From: a virus
Taxonomy: Duplodnaviria > Caudoviricetes
Length of the DNA stretch: 64,000 nucleotides
Virus record (IMG/VR): IMGVR_UViG_3300027708_000013
Strand: one strand, 5' to 3'
Shown here: positions 20,498 to 29,542 of the stretch, piece by piece
Layout of the letters: every line of letters begins with the position of its first letter
Position numbering within the stretch: position 1 is the first letter of the stretch
The notes under the pieces: model-generated
Seen by the model: only the letters and a program-made list of their open reading frames with translations
What the model was told of the DNA's origin: nothing
Database searches by the model: none
Position numbers and translations under genes: made by a program

Positions 20498-21139
20498 ATG
20501 CATGCCGTTGCTTCAATTAACTTAGAAAACTATCAAGACCTAGCCGACTTGACTGACGCACCCAAGCGTGAGTATTGTGAACGTTGGGGTTATCAATTTC
20601 ACGTGTTGCGTGATTCACGCTACAGTCCCATCATGGGCTTTAATAAAATTCACTACATGTTGGACTTGTTAAACACACATCCGGACATTGACTGGTTGTT
20701 GTTTACCGAATGTGATGCTACAATAACTAACTTAACTGTCAGCATTGATGACAAGATTGATGAAGGTTATCATTTTATCATGCCAGTGGACAGATTGAAT
20801 CTAAATGCTGGAAATATTTTAGTACGCAACTCACCCCAAGGGCGTGGCTATTTGCAAATGATTTTAAATCGTGAAAGTGAATACGCTGAAGCCGAATGGG
20901 CAGAACAACAGGTCATAATTGACAGTATCGAGGATTACACCGACATAGTTAAAATTGTACCACAGAAATACATGAACAGCTACGTACAAGCACCATACGA
21001 CTACTGTGATGTGCGTTGGGATATATTTGGTCTCAGTGGGGAATGGACACCAGGCGATTGGATTGTGCATTGGCCGGGATTACACAAGCCGGTACGCATA
21101 CAGCAGGCCACAGAGATGTTGACGAAAATCACAAGATGA
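20498..21139 (+). CDS. GT34-like (GMA12/MNN10) glycosyltransferase
   Basis: KREYCERWGY, KIHY, DWLLFTECDA, WAEQ, GDWIVHWPG. Confidence 0.85.
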   Translation: MHAVASINLENYQDLADLTDAPKREYCERWGYQFHVLRDSRYSPIMGFNKIHYMLDLLNTHPDIDWLLFTECDATITNLTVSIDDKIDEGYHFIMPVDRLNLNAGNILVRNSPQGRGYLQMILNRESEYAEAEWAEQQVIIDSIEDYTDIVKIVPQKYMNSYVQAPYDYCDVRWDIFGLSGEWTPGDWIVHWPGLHKPVRIQQATEMLTKITR

Positions 21140-21954
21140 AAATATTAATTACAGGCACTTCGGGATTTATTGGCAAGAGTTTTCAGGAACACTTTGAGCG
21201 GACCGATGAAGTTGTGGTATGGAGTAGAAACTCCATATCCTTGACCGCGGCATTGAATTTATATCAGCCCGAGTTAATATTGCACTGTGCGGCTGAGATT
21301 TACAATGCCGATGTAATGCAACAATCCAATATTGGCCTAGTGTACGAAATACTGGAATGGCAAAGACTCAATCCTGAGGCTAGAATGATCACCATTGGCA
21401 GCAGTGCCGAGTACGGTCCTGTGGATCGTGCCACCTGTGAAACAGATAGAATCAATCCACAGAATGTGTACGAAGCTACCAAAGGTGCTGCCACGCTGTT
21501 GTGTCAAGGATATGCTAGACAGTTTGGTATACACACCTGCGTGGCACGTATCTATTCGGGCTATGGTGCCTATGAACGCCCACGCAGACTGTTTCCCACC
21601 CTGTACCGAGCATTTTTTAAAAATGAACCAATGACTATTTTTGAAGGTGTGCATGACTTTATCTACATTGAAGATTTCATTCGCGGCATTGAAATATTAA
21701 TTGCACATGACTGGACTCCAGGAGAACTTGTTAACTTTGGTTCGGGAGTACAAACTACCAATTCACAAGTGTTGGCGGCATGGGAAAGAGTAACAGGACG
21801 ACAGGCTCCGGTTACATTCAAAGACTCGTTTATGCGGGCACACGATACACTGGTATGGCAATGTGACACAGCTTATGCAAGAGAAAAGTATGGATTTGAA
21901 ACACAGTATACATTAGACGCAGGTATAGCAGATATAATCAAGAGACTACAATGA
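21136..21954 (+). CDS. NAD-dependent epimerase/reductase (extended SDR)
   Basis: ITGTSGFIG, GSSAEYG, YEATK, HDFIYIED. Confidence 0.9.
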   Translation: MKILITGTSGFIGKSFQEHFERTDEVVVWSRNSISLTAALNLYQPELILHCAAEIYNADVMQQSNIGLVYEILEWQRLNPEARMITIGSSAEYGPVDRATCETDRINPQNVYEATKGAATLLCQGYARQFGIHTCVARIYSGYGAYERPRRLFPTLYRAFFKNEPMTIFEGVHDFIYIEDFIRGIEILIAHDWTPGELVNFGSGVQTTNSQVLAAWERVTGRQAPVTFKDSFMRAHDTLVWQCDTAYAREKYGFETQYTLDAGIADIIKRLQ

Positions 21955-22562
21955 ATAAATTACAACGAAGAATATTAGAAATAACTTACCAAGAGCGACA
22001 AAGCCATTTGAGCAGTTGTTTAAGTGCCGCCCCAATCTTGGAAGAAATATACGCCACTAGACAAGAGGATGAAGTAGTGATTCTCAGTAATGGTCACGCA
22101 GGACTTGCCCTGTATTGCGTACTTGAAGAACGATACGGAGTTGATCCAGTTGCCATGTTACACAAACACGGCATACACCCCAGTAGGGATTTAGACAATC
22201 ACTTGTATTGCTCCACTGGCAGCTTGGGATCAGGTTTGCCTATTGCCATTGGACATGCCCTGGCCACTCCAGAAAAACAGGTCTGGTGTATGATCAGCGA
22301 CGGAGAAGCCGCAGAAGGATCAATTTGGGAAAGTTTAAGATTTATTGCCGACTATCCTGTGGATAATTTACAAGTATATGCCAACATCAATGGCATGGGT
22401 GCATATGACATGATTGATGTGGATCCATTGGTTGCACGTTTACAAGCATTCCTACCAAGAATCCGTATCAGACTCAGTGAACCAACTGACTTTGGATTTA
22501 TTCAAGGTTTAAAAACGCATTATCACGTACTCAATGAACAAGAATATCGGAGTCTACTATGA
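21951..22562 (+). CDS. Transketolase-like TPP-binding subunit (N-half), copy 2
   Basis: SHLSS, LSNGHAG, STGSLGSGL, SDGEAAEGSIWESL...NG. Confidence 0.9.
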   Translation: MNKLQRRILEITYQERQSHLSSCLSAAPILEEIYATRQEDEVVILSNGHAGLALYCVLEERYGVDPVAMLHKHGIHPSRDLDNHLYCSTGSLGSGLPIAIGHALATPEKQVWCMISDGEAAEGSIWESLRFIADYPVDNLQVYANINGMGAYDMIDVDPLVARLQAFLPRIRIRLSEPTDFGFIQGLKTHYHVLNEQEYRSLL

Positions 22563-23041
22563 GATTTACATTTGCAAAATTGTTGTTAGAAGAAATGAAC
22601 AGTAACTCTCAAGTCAGACTGATCACAGCCGATCTAGGCTACGGCATACTGGACACGGTTCGCAACACACACCCTACACACAGTTACAACGTAGGTGCGG
22701 CCGAGCAACTCATGCTGGGAGCTGCCATTGGCATGGCTCAAGAAGGGTTGATTCCAGTATGCTACTCCATGAGTAGTTTTGTATTGTATCGTCCATTTGA
22801 ATTTATTCGTAACTACATGAACTACGAAGGCACAGCAGTTAAACTGGTGGGCTCGGGTAGAGATCAAGATTACGAACACGATGGCATCAGTCATTGGGCA
22901 CACGACGATTCTGCTGTGTTGGCCTCTGTACCCCGTGTGCGAATATACAAACCCGAGACTCGAGAAGAACTTGTTGACATATGGCCCGAGTTCATCAGCA
23001 ATGCTGAACCCTGTTACTTGAATCTCAAACGTAAAAGTTAA
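22559..23041 (+). CDS. Transketolase-like pyrimidine-binding subunit (C-half, short), copy 2
   Basis: LITADLGYG, NVGAAEQ, RPFEFIRN, GISHWA. Confidence 0.9.
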   Translation: MRFTFAKLLLEEMNSNSQVRLITADLGYGILDTVRNTHPTHSYNVGAAEQLMLGAAIGMAQEGLIPVCYSMSSFVLYRPFEFIRNYMNYEGTAVKLVGSGRDQDYEHDGISHWAHDDSAVLASVPRVRIYKPETREELVDIWPEFISNAEPCYLNLKRKS

Positions 23042-23085
23042 TAAATCTACCGGGTCTCGACTGCCCAATAAATACTACATCAAAT

Positions 23086-23562
23086 ATGGAAAATCGAGTC
23101 TGTCATCAAGACCTTGAACAGGTCAAAGTGGTAAACAAGCCCTGGGGCCAAGAAAAATGGTTACAACCCACTGGTGGCAATCACACCTATGCTCTCAAAG
23201 AAATCATTCTCAATCCTGGCTATAAAACCAGCCTACAGGTACATCAATTCAAAGCAGAAACCAATTACATACTAGAAGGGTCGGGCGAAATGATGTACTA
23301 CCGTCATGCATTTGATTGCGAACGCTATGTTGCTGGTGCTTACACTGCTGAAGAAATTGCTGACATTGTCAATGACTTAACTGTGATAACTTACGGTCCC
23401 GGCAGTGTAATGACTATAGAACCCGGTACCATACACAGAATGAAGGCAACAACACAGTTACGCTTCGTTGAAGCCAGTACCACAGAATTGGATGATGTAA
23501 TTAGACTGCAAGACGATGCCAATAGAACACACGGCCGCATAGAACAAGAACATAATAAATGA
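23086..23562 (+). CDS. Cupin (type II mannose-6-phosphate isomerase-like)
   Basis: KPWGQEKW, SLQVHQFK.ET, PGTIHRM, EAST.ELDDVIRLQDD..R. Confidence 0.85.
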   Translation: MENRVCHQDLEQVKVVNKPWGQEKWLQPTGGNHTYALKEIILNPGYKTSLQVHQFKAETNYILEGSGEMMYYRHAFDCERYVAGAYTAEEIADIVNDLTVITYGPGSVMTIEPGTIHRMKATTQLRFVEASTTELDDVIRLQDDANRTHGRIEQEHNK

Positions 23563-25097
23563 AACAATTAACAGTATTAATATTGGCCGCTGGATATGGG
23601 CGACGCATGGGTCCGTTTAGTCGCATCATAAACAAAAGCCTAGTTCCTTACAACAATAGACCTTTGATCAGTCACATATTTGATCAATTTGACAACTCCA
23701 CTACACAATTTGTTGTTGCATGTGGACACATGGGGTCGCAGGTCAAAGACTACGTTGGTGCAGTACACGCAGATAAATGTGTTGTGTTTGTGGATATTGC
23801 AGACTATGCCGAGGATCACACCGGTCCAGCCACCACCATACAGCACTGTCAAGAATATTTAACTGGTGCATTCATGTGGGTCAGTTGTGACACTGTATTT
23901 GAATTTGATTACCAAGACAAGTTAGATCACAATTGGATTGCAGTACATCCAGTGGACAGTGGTGTGAGCCAAGACTACTGTTGGGTGACAAGAAACGGTG
24001 AAACCATTGTGGATGTAAAAAACAAACAGGCCAGCAGTCATGCTGTTGATGCATTCATTGGTTTAATGTACTGCAAAGATAGAGAATATCTTGATAACTT
24101 GATTGCTGTGAAAGCCCGTGCACCGCACGAAGGCTTTGGGGGATTAGATCTACAGGCACACACAGTTGCCCACTGGTTGGACTTTGGTACATTTGAAAAA
24201 TGGCAAGAGCTAACTGTTGATAATCCTGAAACTGGATTTGCCAAAACTGATGAATTATTTTATGTAGACAACCATCAAGTTATTAAATTCAATGCGGATG
24301 CAGAGTTGGCCGAAAGAAAATTAACCAGAGCAGAACTCAATGCCGGCTGTATGCCTGAGAATGTTCGTGCTGCGGGACAATTTCTTGTGTACAATCGTGT
24401 GCCCGGCGGTACCATGTATGAATACGCTAGTCCTGATCTAATGGATCAATTATTGACTTGGTATCAGACTGCTGTTTGGAAGCCGCGTTGGTTCCCAAAC
24501 ATTGAACAATATTGCGAAACATTTTATCAACAAAAAACACAGGATAGACTACAACAGTTTAGAATAAAGTATCCCGAATGGGACGAACCCTCTGTGATAA
24601 ATCAACGAACAGTTAAATCGGCCGATGAGTATGTTGCAACTATTGATTGGCCGTACTTGTGCAACACAGTGGAGTGGAGATTCGTCCACGGTGATGCTCA
24701 TTGGGACAATGTGATTTACAATCCTGCAGACAGTTCATTTACTGCAATTGATTGGCGCACTGACTTTGCTGGCAGTAACTATGGCGATGTGTATTACGAC
24801 CTAGCCAAAATGAGCTGTGGTATATCTTGTGATTTCCAAAAATTAAAAAATAACGCTGTTGGTTATGTAGAATCTGCAGACGGTGTTACATTAGACATAC
24901 CGGCTGTGGATCGGTGCAGTTTATATCAAGAAAAACTGCGAAATTGTACAGAAAAGATGGGATTAGACTGGCGTAAGGTACAATTATTAGTGCCGTTAAT
25001 TTACTTGAACATCAGTGCCCTGCATGGTGAACCCTATGATAAGTTTTTATTTAATTTGGCTAGATTAAAATTTGCGGAGTACTTGGATGGAATTTAA
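23559..25097 (+). CDS. Nucleotidyltransferase fused to APH/choline-kinase-like domain
   Basis: LAAGYGRRM...KSL (NTP transferase); C-terminal HGDAHWDN...IDW kinase motifs. Confidence 0.85.
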   Translation: MKQLTVLILAAGYGRRMGPFSRIINKSLVPYNNRPLISHIFDQFDNSTTQFVVACGHMGSQVKDYVGAVHADKCVVFVDIADYAEDHTGPATTIQHCQEYLTGAFMWVSCDTVFEFDYQDKLDHNWIAVHPVDSGVSQDYCWVTRNGETIVDVKNKQASSHAVDAFIGLMYCKDREYLDNLIAVKARAPHEGFGGLDLQAHTVAHWLDFGTFEKWQELTVDNPETGFAKTDELFYVDNHQVIKFNADAELAERKLTRAELNAGCMPENVRAAGQFLVYNRVPGGTMYEYASPDLMDQLLTWYQTAVWKPRWFPNIEQYCETFYQQKTQDRLQQFRIKYPEWDEPSVINQRTVKSADEYVATIDWPYLCNTVEWRFVHGDAHWDNVIYNPADSSFTAIDWRTDFAGSNYGDVYYDLAKMSCGISCDFQKLKNNAVGYVESADGVTLDIPAVDRCSLYQEKLRNCTEKMGLDWRKVQLLVPLIYLNISALHGEPYDKFLFNLARLKFAEYLDGI

Positions 25098-26064
25098 ATT
25101 AGGCTTTGGGCCTATGAGTGAAGTAATTGTTGATACCTTGGCACAACATGCCAGAGATCATCAACAACCCACCATGATCATTGCCAGTCGTAACCAAGTG
25201 GATGCTGACTCGGGTTATGTAATGACCACACAGCAGTTGGTCAATCAGTTACAGCCTGTCACTAGTGAATATTTAAAAATATGTAGAGACCACTGTGGTC
25301 CATACTTTTTAGACAGTGAACGCAACTTGGGCATACGAGCCGCTGTGGCCGCAACCAAACGCACCATAGCACAAGATATTGAATCAGGATTTGATTTAAT
25401 ACACATTGACACCAGTAGATGTGATCAAGAATATCACATTGCCGACGAGCTAATAAATTTTTGTTTGAGATTAAATCCCAATATTGAATTTGAGTTTGGC
25501 ACAGAAGAGAACATTGGAGTTGCTGCCAGCGCCACCAAGTATCAAGTTGATGTACGGTTTGCTGCACAGTATCCCAACATGCAATATGTAGTGGCACAAA
25601 CCGGTAGCTTGACCATGGAAGATCGTCAGGTTGGCAGTTTTGATGTGGGCATGGCTCAAACCTTGGTCAACTATGCTGTAACTGCTGGTGTAAGACTTAA
25701 AGAACACAATGCTGACTATCTCACCGCAGAACAAATACAATTGAGACGAGCCGCAGGTGTTCATGCACTTAACATAGCACCACAGTTGGGTGTTGTGCAG
25801 ACTAAAACTATTTTGTCATTGTCTGATGAATTTGGCGTAGATGCCACAGAATTTAAACAAGCTGTGTTGAGCAGTGGCCGTTGGAGTAAATGGTACATCA
25901 GTGGTGACGATGAATTAAAAGTTGCTGTGGCCGGACACTATTGCTACCATACTCAAGAGTTTTTAGAATTAACCGAACAACTACATTTAATGACAGACTG
26001 GGAAAGTAGGGTCAAGACTGCCATTGCCAACATACTAACTACATACTATGATAATATTCGTTAA
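25087..26064 (+). CDS. GatZ/KbaZ-like (tagatose-6-phosphate epimerase family) TIM-barrel protein
   Basis: IASRNQVD..SGY, CRDHCGP, GFDLIHIDTS, EFGTEE, KEHNADY, NIAPQLG. Confidence 0.75.
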   Translation: MEFKLGFGPMSEVIVDTLAQHARDHQQPTMIIASRNQVDADSGYVMTTQQLVNQLQPVTSEYLKICRDHCGPYFLDSERNLGIRAAVAATKRTIAQDIESGFDLIHIDTSRCDQEYHIADELINFCLRLNPNIEFEFGTEENIGVAASATKYQVDVRFAAQYPNMQYVVAQTGSLTMEDRQVGSFDVGMAQTLVNYAVTAGVRLKEHNADYLTAEQIQLRRAAGVHALNIAPQLGVVQTKTILSLSDEFGVDATEFKQAVLSSGRWSKWYISGDDELKVAVAGHYCYHTQEFLELTEQLHLMTDWESRVKTAIANILTTYYDNIR

Positions 26065-27142
26065 CTGCAAAATAACCGACGTTAAACGTCCTGGATCACC
26101 CAACTACGATAGATTTAATTTACCACCGGTGCCAAGATTTGACGTGGCAAGATATTGCTTTGCCAGCTTTGCTCCACTGGCACCCATTGTTAGTAGATTT
26201 ATCTTTTATCTTGAAATGGCAGATGGATATGCTGGACAAGAAGCAGAGATGGAAGCATGGTTGCGTAGTACGTTGCCCGAAGATAAACTGAGTTTATACT
26301 GGCACAGATGCAACAACATCAGTGCGTGGCGCCAGGCTGCAGAAGAAATCAATGCTATCGATGATGACATGGTATATCCTGTTGGCAACGATGATCATGC
26401 GTTTATCGACAGTGATATTGCGTTATTCACACAGGGCATAGAGGCTGTCAAACGGGATCCAGATCCCTATGCAGTGCTGATGACCGGACACTATCCCGAG
26501 TTTATGCGTTACGCCAGCAGACTGGGTGGACATTTAGATGATAGTGGCAACTTTGTAGTGTTTAATGATTTGAACTTTGATGCCATGCGTGTGATGAAAA
26601 AAGATCATTTCAATTGGCATTTAACTGCCATCACAGATGACAGTATATTGTTGTTTAGAACCGAAGGTTGGTTTTGTTTGGGCCACACGTATCCAAGGAA
26701 TACTATATACCTGGCCGGGCGGGAACAGTTTAGACACTTTGATGGATTTTTTCATGTGGGAGTTACACCAGAAGTATTTCCAGCATTGGAAATTCCTCCA
26801 GGATTTTTTCAACGTGAGATGCATGTTAGATTTGGATTTGATGATATAGATAGATCTGCAGTGAATGTCAATCCCTGCACAGAGAGATTTAAATCTGTGG
26901 ACTGGGAATCCGGAGTTGAATTTAAATGTATGTTGGAAGATTTACCAGCGTTCTGGCAACCGTTTGTAAAAGAAATCTCTGTCAATCCCGAGGCAGATCG
27001 TGTTGCTATGATTGTGGCACGAAATGAACAGTACACAAAAATGATGAATTGTTCATTGGGGTCGTATCAAGGTGACTTCAATGAATCTAATCTCAGTCCC
27101 CAATCCTGGGTACAAAATCAAATGTTAAAAACAACTTTCTAA
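26048..27142 (+). CDS. Hypothetical protein, possibly GT-A glycosyltransferase
   Basis: 364 aa with GNDDH (DxD-like); last gene of the glycan operon. Confidence 0.6.
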   Translation: MIIFVNCKITDVKRPGSPNYDRFNLPPVPRFDVARYCFASFAPLAPIVSRFIFYLEMADGYAGQEAEMEAWLRSTLPEDKLSLYWHRCNNISAWRQAAEEINAIDDDMVYPVGNDDHAFIDSDIALFTQGIEAVKRDPDPYAVLMTGHYPEFMRYASRLGGHLDDSGNFVVFNDLNFDAMRVMKKDHFNWHLTAITDDSILLFRTEGWFCLGHTYPRNTIYLAGREQFRHFDGFFHVGVTPEVFPALEIPPGFFQREMHVRFGFDDIDRSAVNVNPCTERFKSVDWESGVEFKCMLEDLPAFWQPFVKEISVNPEADRVAMIVARNEQYTKMMNCSLGSYQGDFNESNLSPQSWVQNQMLKTTF

Positions 27143-27613
27143 TAGAACCAGTGTGGCTAGTACATCACCTGTGTGATATATAGCCTGACCACCTGCACCA
27201 CGCCATTCTTCAATGTTACTGGGTCTATCATCAATCAAAATGTCAAAGGGTTGGCAATGTTTCCATTTGTCATTGCTGTAGGGACCAAACCATACAGGGA
27301 TGCCGGGAAAGTATTGATCGGCCCAGGCTATCTTATCCCAAAAAGCCCACGGAAAATCATTTTGATGAGGCACAGCAGTTAAGAACTTCAAATCCCACTT
27401 GTGTTGTTGTGCTATTGCCCGTGACGCACTTACTAATAATTCTGCATTGGCACACAGTGGCAACTCCTTAAATAATCTAGGATGAGCTAAAACTTTAGTC
27501 CAATCCTCTTGAGTGTAGGGCTCAAAGCCCTGCTGATGACGTCCCAGTATTGGATCTACACGGGCATTCCAATCGGCCACTACGCCATCCATATCTAAGT
27601 AAATGGTATTCAT
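27125..27613 (-). CDS. HAD-family 5'(3')-deoxyribonucleotidase-like protein
   Basis: YLDMDGVVAD, FLTA, ILIDDRPSNI.EW...GG. Confidence 0.88.
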   Translation of the reverse strand: MNTIYLDMDGVVADWNARVDPILGRHQQGFEPYTQEDWTKVLAHPRLFKELPLCANAELLVSASRAIAQQHKWDLKFLTAVPHQNDFPWAFWDKIAWADQYFPGIPVWFGPYSNDKWKHCQPFDILIDDRPSNIEEWRGAGGQAIYHTGDVLATLVLLESCF

Positions 27614-27624
27614 CTTACAATATA

Positions 27625-27789
27625 TTATTCTGCTGTTTCGTCGCGAGCCACACGTTCACCAAGATACTGTTTGACCACACGAACTAATTTACGTTCTGTA
27701 TCGTATACAAATTCTTGTGTGTCTTCTTCGGTATTGACTACCAAAATAAAACCATTTGCCGCTCTGCGGATTTCTAAACTTTCAAACAT
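27625..27789 (-). CDS. Small hypothetical protein (54 aa)
   Basis: Not in the ORF track. MFESLEIRRAANGFILVVNTEEDTQEFVY..., with AGGA Shine-Dalgarno and GTGACA-17-TACAAT promoter at 27819-27847. Confidence 0.65.
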   Translation of the reverse strand: MFESLEIRRAANGFILVVNTEEDTQEFVYDTERKLVRVVKQYLGERVARDETAE

Positions 27790-27850
27790 AGTGATTCCTT
27801 TAGTGTTATGATACTACTATTGTAACACAAAAATCTCGTTGTGTCACGGC

Positions 27851-28027
27851 TTATCTACCACGGCCTGCAGATTTTTTAGCCGGTTTATTGCCCTGTACCT
27901 GAGCACCAAACTTGGCTTTTTGTACCTGTGCTGTCTTGACACCGGGCACACTGGGATTGGCGGCTGAGTTTTTGGCGGCCTGTGCGGCTGCTATAAATGG
28001 ATTTTTGCTTTTCTTTTCTTCGGTCAT
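27851..28027 (-). CDS. Small basic Ala/Lys-rich protein
   Basis: Start MTEEKKSKNPF at 28027; TTGACA-17-TATACT promoter at 28053-28081. Confidence 0.65.
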   Translation of the reverse strand: MTEEKKSKNPFIAAAQAAKNSAANPSVPGVKTAQVQKAKFGAQVQGNKPAKKSAGRGR

Positions 28028-28119
28028 GTTATTATTCTGTAGTAGTGTGTACAGTATATAATTAAAATATCGTTTTGTCAAGTGAAAATAAATATTAAAC
28101 ACTCCTGGTATACTCCCAA

Positions 28120-29430
28120 ATGCAAAAAATCGAACACACTTCCCATGCTGGTATTAATTTTGAACCTAACAAAAAATTAGGTTATTACCTAGTGGGTAAT
28201 GGCATTTACTACAACAAAATACAAGCACTGATAGAGGCATCAAAGAAAAACTTAAAAGTCAAATGGTTTTTTAACGAAGATGTATTTGTTAAATATCCCT
28301 GGCACATAGAACCCGAAGAAAGCCTGCGTGAATTATATCGTCAACGTGCTCAACAACTCCGAGACCAATACGACTACATTAGATTAGAGCTCAGTGGCGG
28401 GTCAGACAGTACCACTGTGGCCTATAGCTTTTTACTTAATAATATACATTTAGATGAGGTGGTGTTTCGATATCCCAAGACCGGCGAACGAGGTGTAACA
28501 GGAGATCCGTCCAATACTCGAACCGAAAACACACTGAGCGAGTGGGAATTTGCAGCAAAGCCCTTGTTAAATTGGATTGCTACCAATTATCCCAAAACAA
28601 AAATCACAGTACACGACTACAGTGAAGATATGATTGCCGAAGCCGACACTAAGGATGAATCATGGATTTTTCGAACTCGACATTATTTACAACCCGGGCA
28701 CATACATAAATTTGACGATCGCCATATATTAAAACATCGGCGTCAAATTGATCGCACCAATAAAATGTGTTTATTGTATGGTGTTGATAAACCCAAAATT
28801 TTTATCAAAGACAATAAATTCTTTTTTTACTTTCAGGACGGACTTGCCAGTTACACCAACGAAATTGCGGCAGAAACATCTGGTGTTGTGAATGAATTCT
28901 TTTACTGGGCACCAGAATGTACCAAATTAATAGCCAAACAAGCACACGAAGTAAAACGTTGGTTCGCGATGCCTCAAAATTATCAATTTATGTCAAGCAC
29001 GTTACAATGGCCCAACGACGATTTTGCCAAACGTACTTTATATGAATCGTTAGTAAAACGTATTGTGTATCCCGATTACGATTTTCATACCTTTCAAACT
29101 GCAAAGCCCACTAACAATATATACAACGAAATGGACCATTGGTTCCATGTCAATTTTAAAGATACACAATTATACGGTTCGTGGGAGGCCGGGATTGGGT
29201 ATCTATTAGATAACATTGATTCTCGTTTTATTAGCCAAGACATTAGAGGAAGAACAGACAATATAGAAATGTTTAGTAGCATATATTATTATTTTGGTGA
29301 TGTTGCCATTGACAAAACTATTAGTCCAAATGCTGGTTTTAAAACTAAATCTGTAATCAAAGAATCCAGAAAAGCATGGCTTGCAAGTCAGTATCGGTAT
29401 TGCATACACGGAAAAATAATAATTTACTAA
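28120..29430 (+). CDS. PP-loop (HUP / adenine-nucleotide alpha-hydrolase-like) protein, paralog A
   Basis: RLELSGGSDSTTV PP-loop; LYGVDKP; EFFYW.P. Confidence 0.7.
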   Translation: MQKIEHTSHAGINFEPNKKLGYYLVGNGIYYNKIQALIEASKKNLKVKWFFNEDVFVKYPWHIEPEESLRELYRQRAQQLRDQYDYIRLELSGGSDSTTVAYSFLLNNIHLDEVVFRYPKTGERGVTGDPSNTRTENTLSEWEFAAKPLLNWIATNYPKTKITVHDYSEDMIAEADTKDESWIFRTRHYLQPGHIHKFDDRHILKHRRQIDRTNKMCLLYGVDKPKIFIKDNKFFFYFQDGLASYTNEIAAETSGVVNEFFYWAPECTKLIAKQAHEVKRWFAMPQNYQFMSSTLQWPNDDFAKRTLYESLVKRIVYPDYDFHTFQTAKPTNNIYNEMDHWFHVNFKDTQLYGSWEAGIGYLLDNIDSRFISQDIRGRTDNIEMFSSIYYYFGDVAIDKTISPNAGFKTKSVIKESRKAWLASQYRYCIHGKIIIY

Positions 29431-29542
29431 TTAGCAAAGAGTTTGATATTCGAACTTGCAATGCAGTTGCCTGCACAGTTTACAATTAAAATATTGGTTT
29501 GTCAATTGGGAAATAAATATCAAATAATACTCGTACTACTAA

